64,000 nt of DNA, from positions 1,674,001 to 1,738,000 of the forward strand of contig OZ251235.1 of NCBI GenBank assembly GCA_965240325.2. Reading direction: 5' to 3'. Shown here in pieces: positions 23,394-33,117 of the stretch (position 1 is its first letter; each line of letters starts with the position of its first letter). Origin of the DNA: Rebecca billardiae RCC1528. Lineage: Eukaryota; Protista; Haptophyta. The translations under genes were made by a program, and so were the position numbers. The notes under the pieces are model-generated. The model saw only the letters and a program-made list of their open reading frames with translations. It was not told where the DNA came from and did not search any database.

Positions 23394-24281
23394 TCACTCA
23401 GCGGTCACGTCGATCTCGATCGGCTTGTGCGCCTTGACGCGCTCCTTGAAGAGCCGGTGCGCCTCGTCCCAGCTCGCCTGCAGCTTGGCGCTCGCGGCTG
23501 CGTCGTGGCCCTCGAACACTGAGACATCGATGGCCGGGTCGCCGCGCAGCAGGCGCTCCCACCACACGGTCACGCCGGCTGGCGAGTCCTTGCGCACGGT
23601 GAGGCGCAGCAGCCGCGCCGCCGGCCCCACGCCGTCGGCGCCCTCGCCGCCCCCGAGCAGCTCCCAGTCGCCCTGGTCGTCCTCGTCCTCGGGTGGCGTG
23701 ATTGCGTGCGACCACTCACCGTGCACGAGCACGCGCGCGCCGCTCAGCTCGAGCCGGACGTGCTCGCGCGCCAGCGTGAGCTTGACCTGCTTCGCGCGCG
23801 TGTCCGCGGGCACGTAGAAGAACGCCGTGACCTCGCCCTTCGTCTGCGACCACAGGTAGCGCTCGGTCTGCCCACCGCGGCGCGTGCGCTCAGCGAGCGT
23901 GTCTGCAGCCGTGTGCTCGAGCCCTCCCTCCGGCACGGCCGGCGGTAGCCGAGGCGCGGGCGGCGGCGGCGGCGGACTTGCGTGCCCCTCCTCGCCTACC
24001 GCCTCCTCCGCCGCCTCCTCGCCGTCGTCCTCCGAGTCACTGAGCTCGCGTGCGAGTGCCTCCCACTTGGAGTAGTCGGCGTTCGGCTTCGGACCCGCAT
24101 TGGCGCGCTGGCTCGCTGCGAGCGACGCGGAGGCGCCGCCGCGCGGATCCGCTACGGGTGGGTGCTGGCCACCGATGCGCACCGTGGTCGGCCCCTCGAG
24201 CCGCGTGACCCTCGGCCGCGCCGGTCCGTCGGCCTCGTCGTCGCTCACGTCGATCGCCTCGAAGCGGCGATAGTCCACCAT
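23394..24281 (-). CDS. NudC-family CS-domain protein
   Basis: RYLWSQTKGEV...VPADTRAKQV...WWERLLRGDPAIDV. Confidence 0.75.
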   Translation of the reverse strand: MVDYRRFEAIDVSDDEADGPARPRVTRLEGPTTVRIGGQHPPVADPRGGASASLAASQRANAGPKPNADYSKWEALARELSDSEDDGEEAAEEAVGEEGHASPPPPPPAPRLPPAVPEGGLEHTAADTLAERTRRGGQTERYLWSQTKGEVTAFFYVPADTRAKQVKLTLAREHVRLELSGARVLVHGEWSHAITPPEDEDDQGDWELLGGGEGADGVGPAARLLRLTVRKDSPAGVTVWWERLLRGDPAIDVSVFEGHDAAASAKLQASWDEAHRLFKERVKAHKPIEIDVTAE

Positions 24282-24516
24282 CGTGCGTACGATTGTGCGC
24301 GTGAGCGCTCTTCAGCCTTCCGCGGTCTTTTCCCGCCTTCCGACCAGGCGGCCTTGAACGTGACGCTTCCCTGCCTCCCTGCGGCTGGGACGTTTCACCG
24401 CGCGGGGCGGCGGGGTGCGCCACCATCTTGCGAGCGCCGGCGGTGTTCTCCAGTGTCGTCGGCAAGCGCGCCCCTCATCACGCGCGCCCAGCGCGGCGGC
24501 GGCGCGCGGCGGCGGC

Positions 24517-27159
24517 ATGTCCGCCTCCATCCCGCTGCACGCGCTCGTGCACGAGCCGATCACCTTCAAGAACGTCGAGGACGTGGTGCACTCCATCGTC
24601 GTCGCCTTGTCCGAGCACGGCGCGGTCATCGCGCGCTCGCAGTCTGAGAAACGGCTCGAGAAGCTCGAGAAGGCGATCGCCGATCTGCAGTCCGCGAGCC
24701 CGTCGGCCGACGTGAAGCGGCTGCAGCAGAAGCACTCGGAGGAGCGCAGCATCTGGACCCACGAGCGCGCCGAGCTCAACGCAAAGGTTGCCGCCATGGC
24801 CGCGTCGATCGATCAGCTGAGCGCTCGGCTCGGCGCCATCGAATCGCTCGCGACCGCGCCCGGCTCACCCGGCTCACCCGGCTCGCCGGGGCTCGGCGTG
24901 GCGGACGAGGACGGGCTCGGCAGCCGCTCGACCGTCTCGGCGCGCGGCGAGAACGCCGAGCTCCTCGCCGCGATGAACGCGGGCATCGAGGCCGCGCGCC
25001 GCATGGCCGAGCGCGCGCGCTCCGAGCTCGAGTCGCACAAGGCGGCAGCGCGCGACGCGCACGACGAGCTGCACGGCGAGATGAGCCAGCTGCGCATGCA
25101 GATGGCGGGCTCGGAGGGCGGCGGCGCGGTGCGCGTCGCGCTCGACGCGCTCGGCGCGCGCTGCGAGGCGCTCTCAGATTCGCTCAAGCGGCTCAACACG
25201 CGCAAGGCTGAACGAGAGGAGCTGACGGCCGCGGTGCGGCAGCTGGAGACTCGGATCCAGGTGGGCGCGATCGAGGCGCGGCAGGCGGAGCTCGCCGCGT
25301 CGTCAGCGACAGCCGGCGGCGTGCGCGTCCCAGCCGGCGACGCCGCGCCGACCTCCGACGCCGCCACGGCCGCCGCCACCGCCGCCGCCCTTGAGGGCCC
25401 GACTCGCCGAGCCCTGCACGAGGTCGAGCTGCTCCGACAGGCGCAGGCGCAGGGCTCGGAGGCGGTGATCACGCTGCAGCGGCAGGTGCGCGCGCTCGAC
25501 GCCGCGGCCTGCGCGCGCGCGCGAGCCCACCGCCGCACCGGCTCACGCCCGCCGCGCGCAATCTCGCGCGCAATCTCGCGCGCAATCTCGCACACAATCT
25601 CGTGCAATCTCGCGCGCAATCTCCCGCACGATCTCGCGCGCAATCTCCCGCGCACGCAGGTCGCGGCCCTCGAGCGCGGCGTGAATCAGAAGATCGAGCG
25701 GTGGAAGCACGCCGCGGCCATGTCTGCGCAGCCCGCCGCGTCGGCGGCGCTCTCCGCCGAGCAGCTCGCCGAGCTCAGCGCCGCGCTCGGCCCGAAGCTG
25801 GAGGACCTTGAGCGGCGTGTGGTCGCGCTCGCGCACTCCAAGGCCGACGCGCACAAGGTCGAGGCGGCGCTGGTGAGCGCGCGGGCGCAGCCGCGCTGCG
25901 TGCCCACAGCTGCTGCGTGCCTGGGCGCAGCGCGCGCGGCGCCCCGGCGCGCACGCACACGGCGCACGCGCGCGCCGGCCGCGCTGACTGATACTCCCGG
26001 CCGCGCGCGCCGCCGCGCTCGGCGCCGCCCATCGCGCCCGCAGGAGGAGAAGGCGGACGCGGCGATGCTTCTGGACAAGGTGGACCGAGCGTTCTGCGAG
26101 ACGCTGATCGCGCGGCTCTCGACCGAGCTGGTGGGCAAGCTGGGCGCGGTGGAGACCTCGCAGACGACGCTGCGCGCGCAGCTTGAGACGGAGCTGGCAG
26201 AGGCAGTGCGGCGCAATGAGAGTGCGCTCGCACACGGGCAGGACGAGGCGCGGAGGCGCGCGGCGGCGGAGGCGCGCGACGGGCCGACGGTGCTGCAGGG
26301 GGACGAGCAGTTTGCAGTGCTCTGGGTCTCGAGGCTGGCGGGCGCGCCCAACAGGCCGCAGGGCGCCGTCAAGGCGGAGCCCCACTGGCGCAAGCCGGCG
26401 CGGCCGCAGTCAGCGCCGGGCACGCGCGGCGAGCCGCGCGCGCGCGCGTCGCCCGAGCGCGAGCGCGAGCGCGCGGCCACGGCGGTGGCGCAAGCGGTGA
26501 CGGAGGAGGAGGAGGCGTCCGCGGCCGGCGGCGGCGGCGCGCGGCCGCGCGCGCGGCCGCACTCCGCGCGGCCCGTCTCGGGCCGCGCGCCGCTCGGCGC
26601 GACCCTCTTCAACGACCGCGTGTCGGGCGGGAAGGGCGACGGCGCCGAGGCGGCGCTCACCGGCCAGATGGTCGGTCGCAAGCTCCGCGCGCACCAGACG
26701 GCGGGCGGTCACTTCAACGGCGCCGCGGGGCGCGACGCGAGCCCGCCGCACGAGCGGATCGCGCTGACCGAGCCCGCGCCGCCGCTGTCGCAGCAGCAGC
26801 CGCCGCAGCCGAGGAGGAGCGCGGGCGCGCACGGCGGCGCGGGCGCGGCAGAGGCGCACCTCACGGAGGCGGAGCGACTGCGCGCACGAGCGAGGGAGGC
26901 GCGCGAGCGCGCGCTGCGCGGCATGCAGCGCATGCAGCCGACGAACGGGCCGCCCGTGCGCACGGGCGGCGCGGAGCGCGCGCGGCTCGCCGCCTTCAGC
27001 TCGGCCGCCTCCGTGCGCAGCAGCAGCACGACAGTCTCGCAGCTGCTCGGCGCGGAGGGCGGCGGCGGCAGCGGGCCCAACCTGAACGTGCTCGGCAAGG
27101 ACGGCACCTTCTACACGTTCAGCGCGGGCGGCGAGCGCATCCTGCCCGCGCAGCGCTGA
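24517..27159 (+). CDS. Coiled-coil hypothetical protein (probable in-frame introns ~25486-25659, ~25873-26043)
   Basis: Long ORF with host codon usage and KAD/KVD coiled-coil repeats. GT...CAG low-complexity segments interrupt it. Confidence 0.6.
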   Translation: MSASIPLHALVHEPITFKNVEDVVHSIVVALSEHGAVIARSQSEKRLEKLEKAIADLQSASPSADVKRLQQKHSEERSIWTHERAELNAKVAAMAASIDQLSARLGAIESLATAPGSPGSPGSPGLGVADEDGLGSRSTVSARGENAELLAAMNAGIEAARRMAERARSELESHKAAARDAHDELHGEMSQLRMQMAGSEGGGAVRVALDALGARCEALSDSLKRLNTRKAEREELTAAVRQLETRIQVGAIEARQAELAASSATAGGVRVPAGDAAPTSDAATAAATAAALEGPTRRALHEVELLRQAQAQGSEAVITLQRQVRALDAAACARARAHRRTGSRPPRAISRAISRAISHTISCNLARNLPHDLARNLPRTQVAALERGVNQKIERWKHAAAMSAQPAASAALSAEQLAELSAALGPKLEDLERRVVALAHSKADAHKVEAALVSARAQPRCVPTAAACLGAARAAPRRARTRRTRAPAALTDTPGRARRRARRRPSRPQEEKADAAMLLDKVDRAFCETLIARLSTELVGKLGAVETSQTTLRAQLETELAEAVRRNESALAHGQDEARRRAAAEARDGPTVLQGDEQFAVLWVSRLAGAPNRPQGAVKAEPHWRKPARPQSAPGTRGEPRARASPERERERAATAVAQAVTEEEEASAAGGGGARPRARPHSARPVSGRAPLGATLFNDRVSGGKGDGAEAALTGQMVGRKLRAHQTAGGHFNGAAGRDASPPHERIALTEPAPPLSQQQPPQPRRSAGAHGGAGAAEAHLTEAERLRARAREARERALRGMQRMQPTNGPPVRTGGAERARLAAFSSAASVRSSSTTVSQLLGAEGGGGSGPNLNVLGKDGTFYTFSAGGERILPAQR

Positions 27160-27256
27160 CGACCGGCGACGAGGGCGCTAGAGAGAGGAGAGAGAGAGAG
27201 ATCGATAGCTACCGCGACTATACGACAGAATTACTCGCGATGATGATGATCGACTG

Positions 27257-28615
27257 CTACGATTCATCTTCGGACGACAGCAGATCGGAAGACAACACGA
27301 CGGTCCAACGGTCGTCGTCAGATTCCGCCGCCGTGTCTGTGATGACTGTGTCACCGCCGTGTGGTGGCAGCTCTGTCGCCACTGTTCGGCAGCCCGCACC
27401 GCCGTTGCCTCTCTCGTCGAGTCTCGTCGAGACTCCGGAGCTGTGACGCGCTTCTGTGCCGCCGCCAGCATCGACCTGACGGGCCCTGCTCGCCATCACG
27501 ACAGGCACGACCTGTGGCGGTTGCTGCCGTCCTGCTCGCGCCGCCATCGATGATGATGGTACAGGTAGTGCTGATGGCGCAGCGGTAGTGTTGATGCTTG
27601 CTGGTAGTCCCTGGTCGTAGATGCCAGGGGCAGTCCGGATTGCAGCACCGTCGTCATCACCTGCGTTGCCAAAGTGATGCAGATCGTCCAGGGCCCACGC
27701 ACCATCATTGACCACCGCGCCGTCAACCGAATGGAGCGTGCCATCTGGCGAGCGCCAGGGGACGATGCTGATTGCCTCCAGCGGCGGCGGTGGGGGCAGC
27801 TGCGGGGCGGCGTCCGACACAGCCGCAACGTGGCTGGTCTGTGTGTGCCGTCGCTTTGCTGCGCGCGTGCCCTGGTCGTCGGTGTCATGCTCCAGCCTGC
27901 GCTTGGGGAAGGCGAGTTGATTGCGTACCATGCCGGCCAGCTTGTGCACAGCGCACCGGCTGGCGCGTGCGTCGCCCGGCATGCCGAACGAAGGCACCTT
28001 GGTGCAGGTCGCGTGATCACACTTGGGGCTCCTCACGTCGACCATGCCAGCCAGCTTGTGCGCAGCGCACCGGCTGGCACGCGCGTCACCCGGCATGCCG
28101 AACGAAGGCCGCTTGGTGCAGCCTGCGTGATCACACTTGGGGCTCCTCACGTCGACCATTCCAGCCGACTTGTGCGCACCACACCGGCTGGCACGCGCGT
28201 CACCCGGCATGCCGAATGAAGGCTGCTTGGTGCAGGTCGCGTGATCACACTTGCGCCTCACCACGTCGACCATGCCGGCCAGCTTGTGCGCAGCGCACCG
28301 CCTGGGGCGCGCGTCGCCCGGCGTGCCGAACGAAGGCCGCTTGGTGCAGTCCGCGTGATCACACTTGCGGCTCACCACGTCGACCACGCCGGCCAGCTTG
28401 TGCGCAGCGCACCGGCTGGCGCGCGAGTCGCCCGGCATGCCGAAGAAAGGCTGCTTGGTGCAGGTCGCGTGATCACACTTGCGGTTCACCACGTCGACCA
28501 TGCCGGCCAGCTTGTGCGCAGTGCACCGGCTGGCGCGCGAGTCGCCCGGCATGCCGAAGAAAGGCTGCTTGGTGCAGGTCGCGTGATCACACTTGCGGTT
28601 CACCACGTTGACCAT
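27257..28615 (-). CDS. EsV-1-7-like cysteine-rich repeat protein (six 38-aa repeats), 5' end frameshifted
   Basis: CDHATCTKQPxFGMPGD.RASRCxxHKLAGMVDV repeated. 114-bp DNA tandem at ~27925-28670. Confidence 0.75.
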   Translation of the reverse strand: MVNVVNRKCDHATCTKQPFFGMPGDSRASRCTAHKLAGMVDVVNRKCDHATCTKQPFFGMPGDSRASRCAAHKLAGVVDVVSRKCDHADCTKRPSFGTPGDARPRRCAAHKLAGMVDVVRRKCDHATCTKQPSFGMPGDARASRCGAHKSAGMVDVRSPKCDHAGCTKRPSFGMPGDARASRCAAHKLAGMVDVRSPKCDHATCTKVPSFGMPGDARASRCAVHKLAGMVRNQLAFPKRRLEHDTDDQGTRAAKRRHTQTSHVAAVSDAAPQLPPPPPLEAISIVPWRSPDGTLHSVDGAVVNDGAWALDDLHHFGNAGDDDGAAIRTAPGIYDQGLPASINTTAAPSALPVPSSSMAARAGRQQPPQVVPVVMASRARQVDAGGGTEARHSSGVSTRLDERGNGGAGCRTVATELPPHGGDTVITDTAAESDDDRWTVVLSSDLLSSEDES

Positions 28616-28760
28616 GCCGGCCAGCTTGTGCGTGGCACACCGGCTGGCGCGCGGCGTCGCCCGGCGGCGGCCCGGCGGGCGTGCGCAGTGGACGTGGTAG
28701 GAAGAGTCGAGGCCGCGTCGCTGGCGAGTTGCGACGACGCCGCAACGCTTGGCGGGCGGT

Positions 28761-28922
28761 CCGGACCAATTCTATGATTTAAAGACACAGGCACGAGGGC
28801 GCAGCTCTCCTGATTCGTCTGTAGTGGTACAGTTTACTAAGAATAAGAGACGCACACAGCTCAGGCAGGCGAGATTGACGCCCGCCAACTGTCACCGCCC
28901 ATGAAGTACTGGTCGAAGCTTG
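28761..28922 (-). mobile_element. 83-bp 3' fragment of LINE family A, interrupted by a 75-bp family-B 3' fragment (28831-28905)
   Basis: 28761-28830 plus 28910-28922 equals the reverse complement of 40494-40576. The insert is identical to ~58524-58598 and is flanked by GTAC on both sides. Confidence 0.9.
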
Positions 28923-29266
28923 GTCTCTTTTGTTGCTGATCGCTCAAGCAGTTTTATCCCGCGCTGGGCAGCCGGACGACGATCGAGTTCTGATGACCAC
29001 TTCCAGCCGGACTCACCGAGTCTGTAGTCTGACAGTCGGATTATGGCGCGCTTCTGAGGTACGGTGCGGTGTCTGACGAGCTCGAGCGGTGCCGTGTCTG
29101 ATCTCGGGCGCAACCGGTGGCTCTGGCTTCGGTTGACCCCTGCCAGAGACGGGCACTGTGAGCTCCTTCATGAAGTCACTCGTGAAAACTGCACAGGAGG
29201 ACCTCAATGGATGCCTAGATGATGACTTATCAGAGCGATATTGGGCCAACAAGCACTTCCTCTATA

Positions 29267-29407
29267 GTTCAGACTCTATTTTTACTATGTATTTACCCAT
29301 TTCAGACTCTGATCAGAACACGGTCCGGGAGCGATCCGGATGCACCCGTAGCTATTGGAAATATGTCACCGGACTGGGTAAATAGCTATGAAAAATAGAG
29401 TCTGAAG
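29267..29407. mobile_element. Small MITE-like element with ~32-bp imperfect TIRs and TA flanks
   Basis: ttcagactctatttttactatgtatttaccca ... tgggtaaatagctatgaaaaatagagtctgaa. Confidence 0.6.
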
Positions 29408-29716
29408 TAGTCACAAACTGAGTTTCACACCCTGGGCACTTATTGGCCATCCATAGTAACCCTACTTGGAGCCCTGTGGGACACTTCGGGCGTTCATTCG
29501 GCCGCAGGAATGCGAAGATCATTTTCGGTACGCCCGGTTTCTATGACCGGACTGGCACAGGGGTCAACCGGAGCCAGAGCCCGCGGTGTAGTTCACGATG
29601 TCCGGTAATAACCGGTTGCGCCACTGCCGCCATTCGTCCGAACAAGACCGTGTACGCCAACTCGTCGTCAAAGTAGTAGCAGCGAGTGATACAAGTAGTT
29701 GTCAAGCAGCGCGTCT

Positions 29717-31463
29717 TCATCTGCGCCCCGCCCGCGCCTGCGCGGTGCCCGGCCGGACGAGCGGTGTCGGCGGCTTCACATGCAACTTGCGGTTCGAGCG
29801 CGCGTTCCACCGCGTGCGCGAGCACTCGAGCACGCCCATGCCCCCGTCGTCCGAGCCGTCCGCGCGCTCGAGCTTCTGGCGACCCTCGGCCGCGCGCACG
29901 AGGTGGTACGCGAGCGCCTCGCCCGCGCTCGGCTTGGCGTCGGCGCCCGGGATGCCGGGCACCTCGCCCGGCCGGTGGTACGTGAGCAGCCAGCGCGCGC
30001 GCTCGAGCTCCGCCTGCATCCTTCGCACCTCGTCCGGCCTCTGCGCCACCAGTGCCTCGAGCTTGGCCAGAGGGTTAGGGAACCTGGTCGGGTGGCGGTC
30101 GTGGTCCCAGAACTCGGAGTAGTTGAGCTTCAGGCTGAGCCGGTCCCAGTGGACGAGGTGCTGGAAGGGCAGGTACTCGAGAGGGAGCACAAAGACTGCA
30201 CGGCGCGCGCGTGCGCGGACGCGCGGAGCGGAGCGCCCCGGCGGTGAGCGCACGGCCGTGCGAGCGACGCGCCTCGGCTCGCCTCGGCGCGTGTCGCGCG
30301 CGTGTCGCGCGCACACCTGGGATGCAGAGCGCCGCGACGGTCGAGAAGATGCGCGTGGTGATCACGGAGTCGCCGGTGGGGATGATGCAGAAGACCGAGC
30401 GCTGGTACAGCGCGGCCTTGCTCCGCAGCAGCGCGAGCAGGTTCTCGTACTGCCGGTGCCCACGCTCGGTGAGCTGCGCGGCGGCCGCCAACACCTTCTG
30501 GCCGCCCGCGCGCAGCTGCTCGTTGCGGCGCGTGATCAGCTTGAACGAGATCTGGCGGACGATGCGGCCGAGCCGGAGCTCGTCGTCCAGGCAGCGCCAC
30601 CGGCCGGGCGTGGGCGGGTTGTCGAAGCGGTGGCACGCGGTGTTCTGCGGGCCGCTCACCGTGACCAGCTCGGGCTTGTACTGCGCGAGCTGCTCGAGCG
30701 GCGCGCCGTGCAAGAAGAAGGGAGGCGAGTAGTACGGCGCGGGCACAATGTGGCCGCAGCGCGCGGCGTCGATGCAGTCGTACCAGCGGTCCTCCGCCGT
30801 GACGACTAGCCCGCGCGCCATCCGCGCGTACAGCGAGCGCGCCTCGCCGTACGCGCGCACGTCGTGGAAGAGCGCGCCGCGCAGCAGGTGGGCAAGGACC
30901 ATTGTCCACACGTGCCGCTGCGGCGCCGCGCGCCACTGCGGCGTGGAGAAGACCCACGCGAGCACGCGCTCGTACGTCGGGCACGTGATCGTGTAGTTGG
31001 ACAGCCCATTCTCCAGCGCGAACTTCATCGAGACCCGAATGTTCGTCGGGATCGAGCCCTTGGGCTCGGTGAAGGGATTCACGCGGCCCCACGACGTGTT
31101 GGCATATTCTGCCGCCTTGCACAGGTGGTAGGGCGAGATCGGGAGGAGGAAGAGGACGTGCGGCTCGCGCCACACGCGCTCGTCCGACCAGTCCTGCGCC
31201 GACGGCGTCCACGCCGGCAGCACACGGGGCAGGTCGTGCACGACCGCGTGGTAGAGCCCGCCCTCGTCCATCGCCGGCGGCGGTGAGGACCGCATCATCT
31301 TCCAGTAGCGCAGCTCGGCGTCCTTCGAGATGTTGAGCTTGCGGAAGGGGACGCGATGCGTGTACAGGCGCCACCCGAGCTCGTCGAGCGCGGGCAGCCG
31401 TGCGGGCACCGGCGACGCCGCGAGGAGCAGCAGCAGCGCCGCGAGCGCGGAGCGCGTCTCCAT
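29717..31463 (-). CDS. Exostosin-family (GT47) glycosyltransferase (intron 30196-30316)
   Basis: N-terminal signal/anchor METRSALAALLLLL, and SVFCIIPTGDSVITTRIFSTVAALCIP|VFV...LPF...W. Confidence 0.8.
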
Positions 31464-31917
31464 GCTGGACCTGGATGTCGGCGTCATCACAATCTCAAAT
31501 CCGGAGTTTTCCGGTCGAGCTGGTCCCCAACCTCGGTCCTTTCCACGATGGAACACGCCTTCCCCAGGCTCTACGACGACGTCTCTCTCCAGCGGACCCT
31601 TAGGGGCCTCGCGTGGAACGCATCAAACAACGCACCACTTACGCAAACGCAGCGCATAATCCGCATCAATAGGGTGTTCACGCCCAGCGCGCATCTCTCG
31701 CGAAAACAAGCACGAGAACAGCACCGCTACCGCAACATGAAACGCACTTCGACAGCACCTCTTGGCCCTCGGGCGCAAGCGCACACATCGGCAACGAGAT
31801 CTCGGCAGAGAGGAGCGGTGAGACAGCATTACCAGAAGCACCCCCCCCTCCCAGCGAACAGCGCACCTCAACACACATGCGCCCTCCCAACAGGAGCAGC
31901 AACTCCAGACCAACCAC

Positions 31918-33117
31918 GTGCCCGACACCGACCCGCCGCCAGAGGACGACCTTCCAGGCGCAGAGGGAGAGCGATGGGTGCTAGTGCGCAGCGGCTCCCG
32001 GCACGACACGGTGCGTCGCACACACATACCCCCCGCGACATGCCCCGCCGTCTCTCCCATTGGGGACTTAGCCGCGCCGGGCGAGCGTAAATCGCGCGTG
32101 GGCGGCCGTTTCGCGCCATTAGCGGCTTTTGCGCCAGAAACGCTCACCGCTAACCCGGACGGGCCGGCGAAATGCGCGGACGAAAGTCCGGAGCACCGGG
32201 CGCGCGCGCCGGATTTGCCGGGCCGGGCGGAGGCGAGGCGTAAAAACCCACTGCCGGTCGCGGGCGTCGCCAGAACGACGATGGCTGCGACGCAACCGCG
32301 ACGCCCTGCGCCCGAGGCACTGGCCCGCGGAATGGCTGGCTCGACCGACGGGCCTACCGAGCAGGCGGGGACCGTGCGGCCGCGAGAGATGGGGATGGAG
32401 AGAGCGCAACCGCAGGCGCAGCGGCAGCGCGTAGACGGCCAGCACGCTGGCGGCTCGACGGAAGATGCGCCGCGCGGGGCGGTGAAGCTCGAGGACGCTG
32501 TGAACAGGAACAACCGCTCAAAGCCCCCCGGGACATGGCAGGCAGCTGCCCGGGGTCCCAGCTGTCTGAAAGTGCCGAACCGGCCCAGCAGTACCAGGAC
32601 AGCTGGGAACTACTGCCCTGGCTGGACGCAGCCCCGCAAACACACCCGTGCGCTCAGGTTCGTACTAATGTGCAGCACCAGAGCACGTTCACGCACCTGC
32701 CCTGCGCATCTGCGACGGGCCGGACGACTGCGAAAAGGCAGCACTAGTAGTAGTAGGAGGAAGAGTAGGAGGAAGACTAGCAGGCATCGAAATCGTCACA
32801 TCGCCCAAGCCCGGCCGGCACCAGGTGCATCGGTCGATCCATCAAGATTGCCCAGGCAGCGGCCTAAGGGCAACACAGCACCACCAACAGCAAGGCATGT
32901 GCCACTGCGCCGCACTATGTCCTACCACCGGACAGCACTGCCGGTAACCAGGCGTACAGTGCTGGCCTATGGGCGCAAGCTTCTGCAGCACACCGCCAGC
33001 AGGGTAGCAGTGCTCTCACAGCCCAGCAGACCAGGCCACGCGGACGCGCATTGCGCCCAGCCCCCATACCACAACAGTGATCGGCAGCAGCCCACACCCC
33101 GACCGGTGCCAAAATGA
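31918..33117 (+). CDS. Possible LINE ORF1 (no recognisable domain; may be frameshifted or 5'-truncated)
   Basis: Open frame whose TGA overlaps the ORF2 ATG (ATGA at 33114-33117). Confidence 0.35.
   Translation: MPDTDPPPEDDLPGAEGERWVLVRSGSRHDTVRRTHIPPATCPAVSPIGDLAAPGERKSRVGGRFAPLAAFAPETLTANPDGPAKCADESPEHRARAPDLPGRAEARRKNPLPVAGVARTTMAATQPRRPAPEALARGMAGSTDGPTEQAGTVRPREMGMERAQPQAQRQRVDGQHAGGSTEDAPRGAVKLEDAVNRNNRSKPPGTWQAAARGPSCLKVPNRPSSTRTAGNYCPGWTQPRKHTRALRFVLMCSTRARSRTCPAHLRRAGRLRKGSTSSSRRKSRRKTSRHRNRHIAQARPAPGASVDPSRLPRQRPKGNTAPPTARHVPLRRTMSYHRTALPVTRRTVLAYGRKLLQHTASRVAVLSQPSRPGHADAHCAQPPYHNSDRQQPTPRPVPK

Noticed and set aside
25556-25652. GCAATCTCGCGC 12-bp repeats as coding RAIS repeats
   Set aside because: They lie within a probable GT-AG intron, so an intronic minisatellite.
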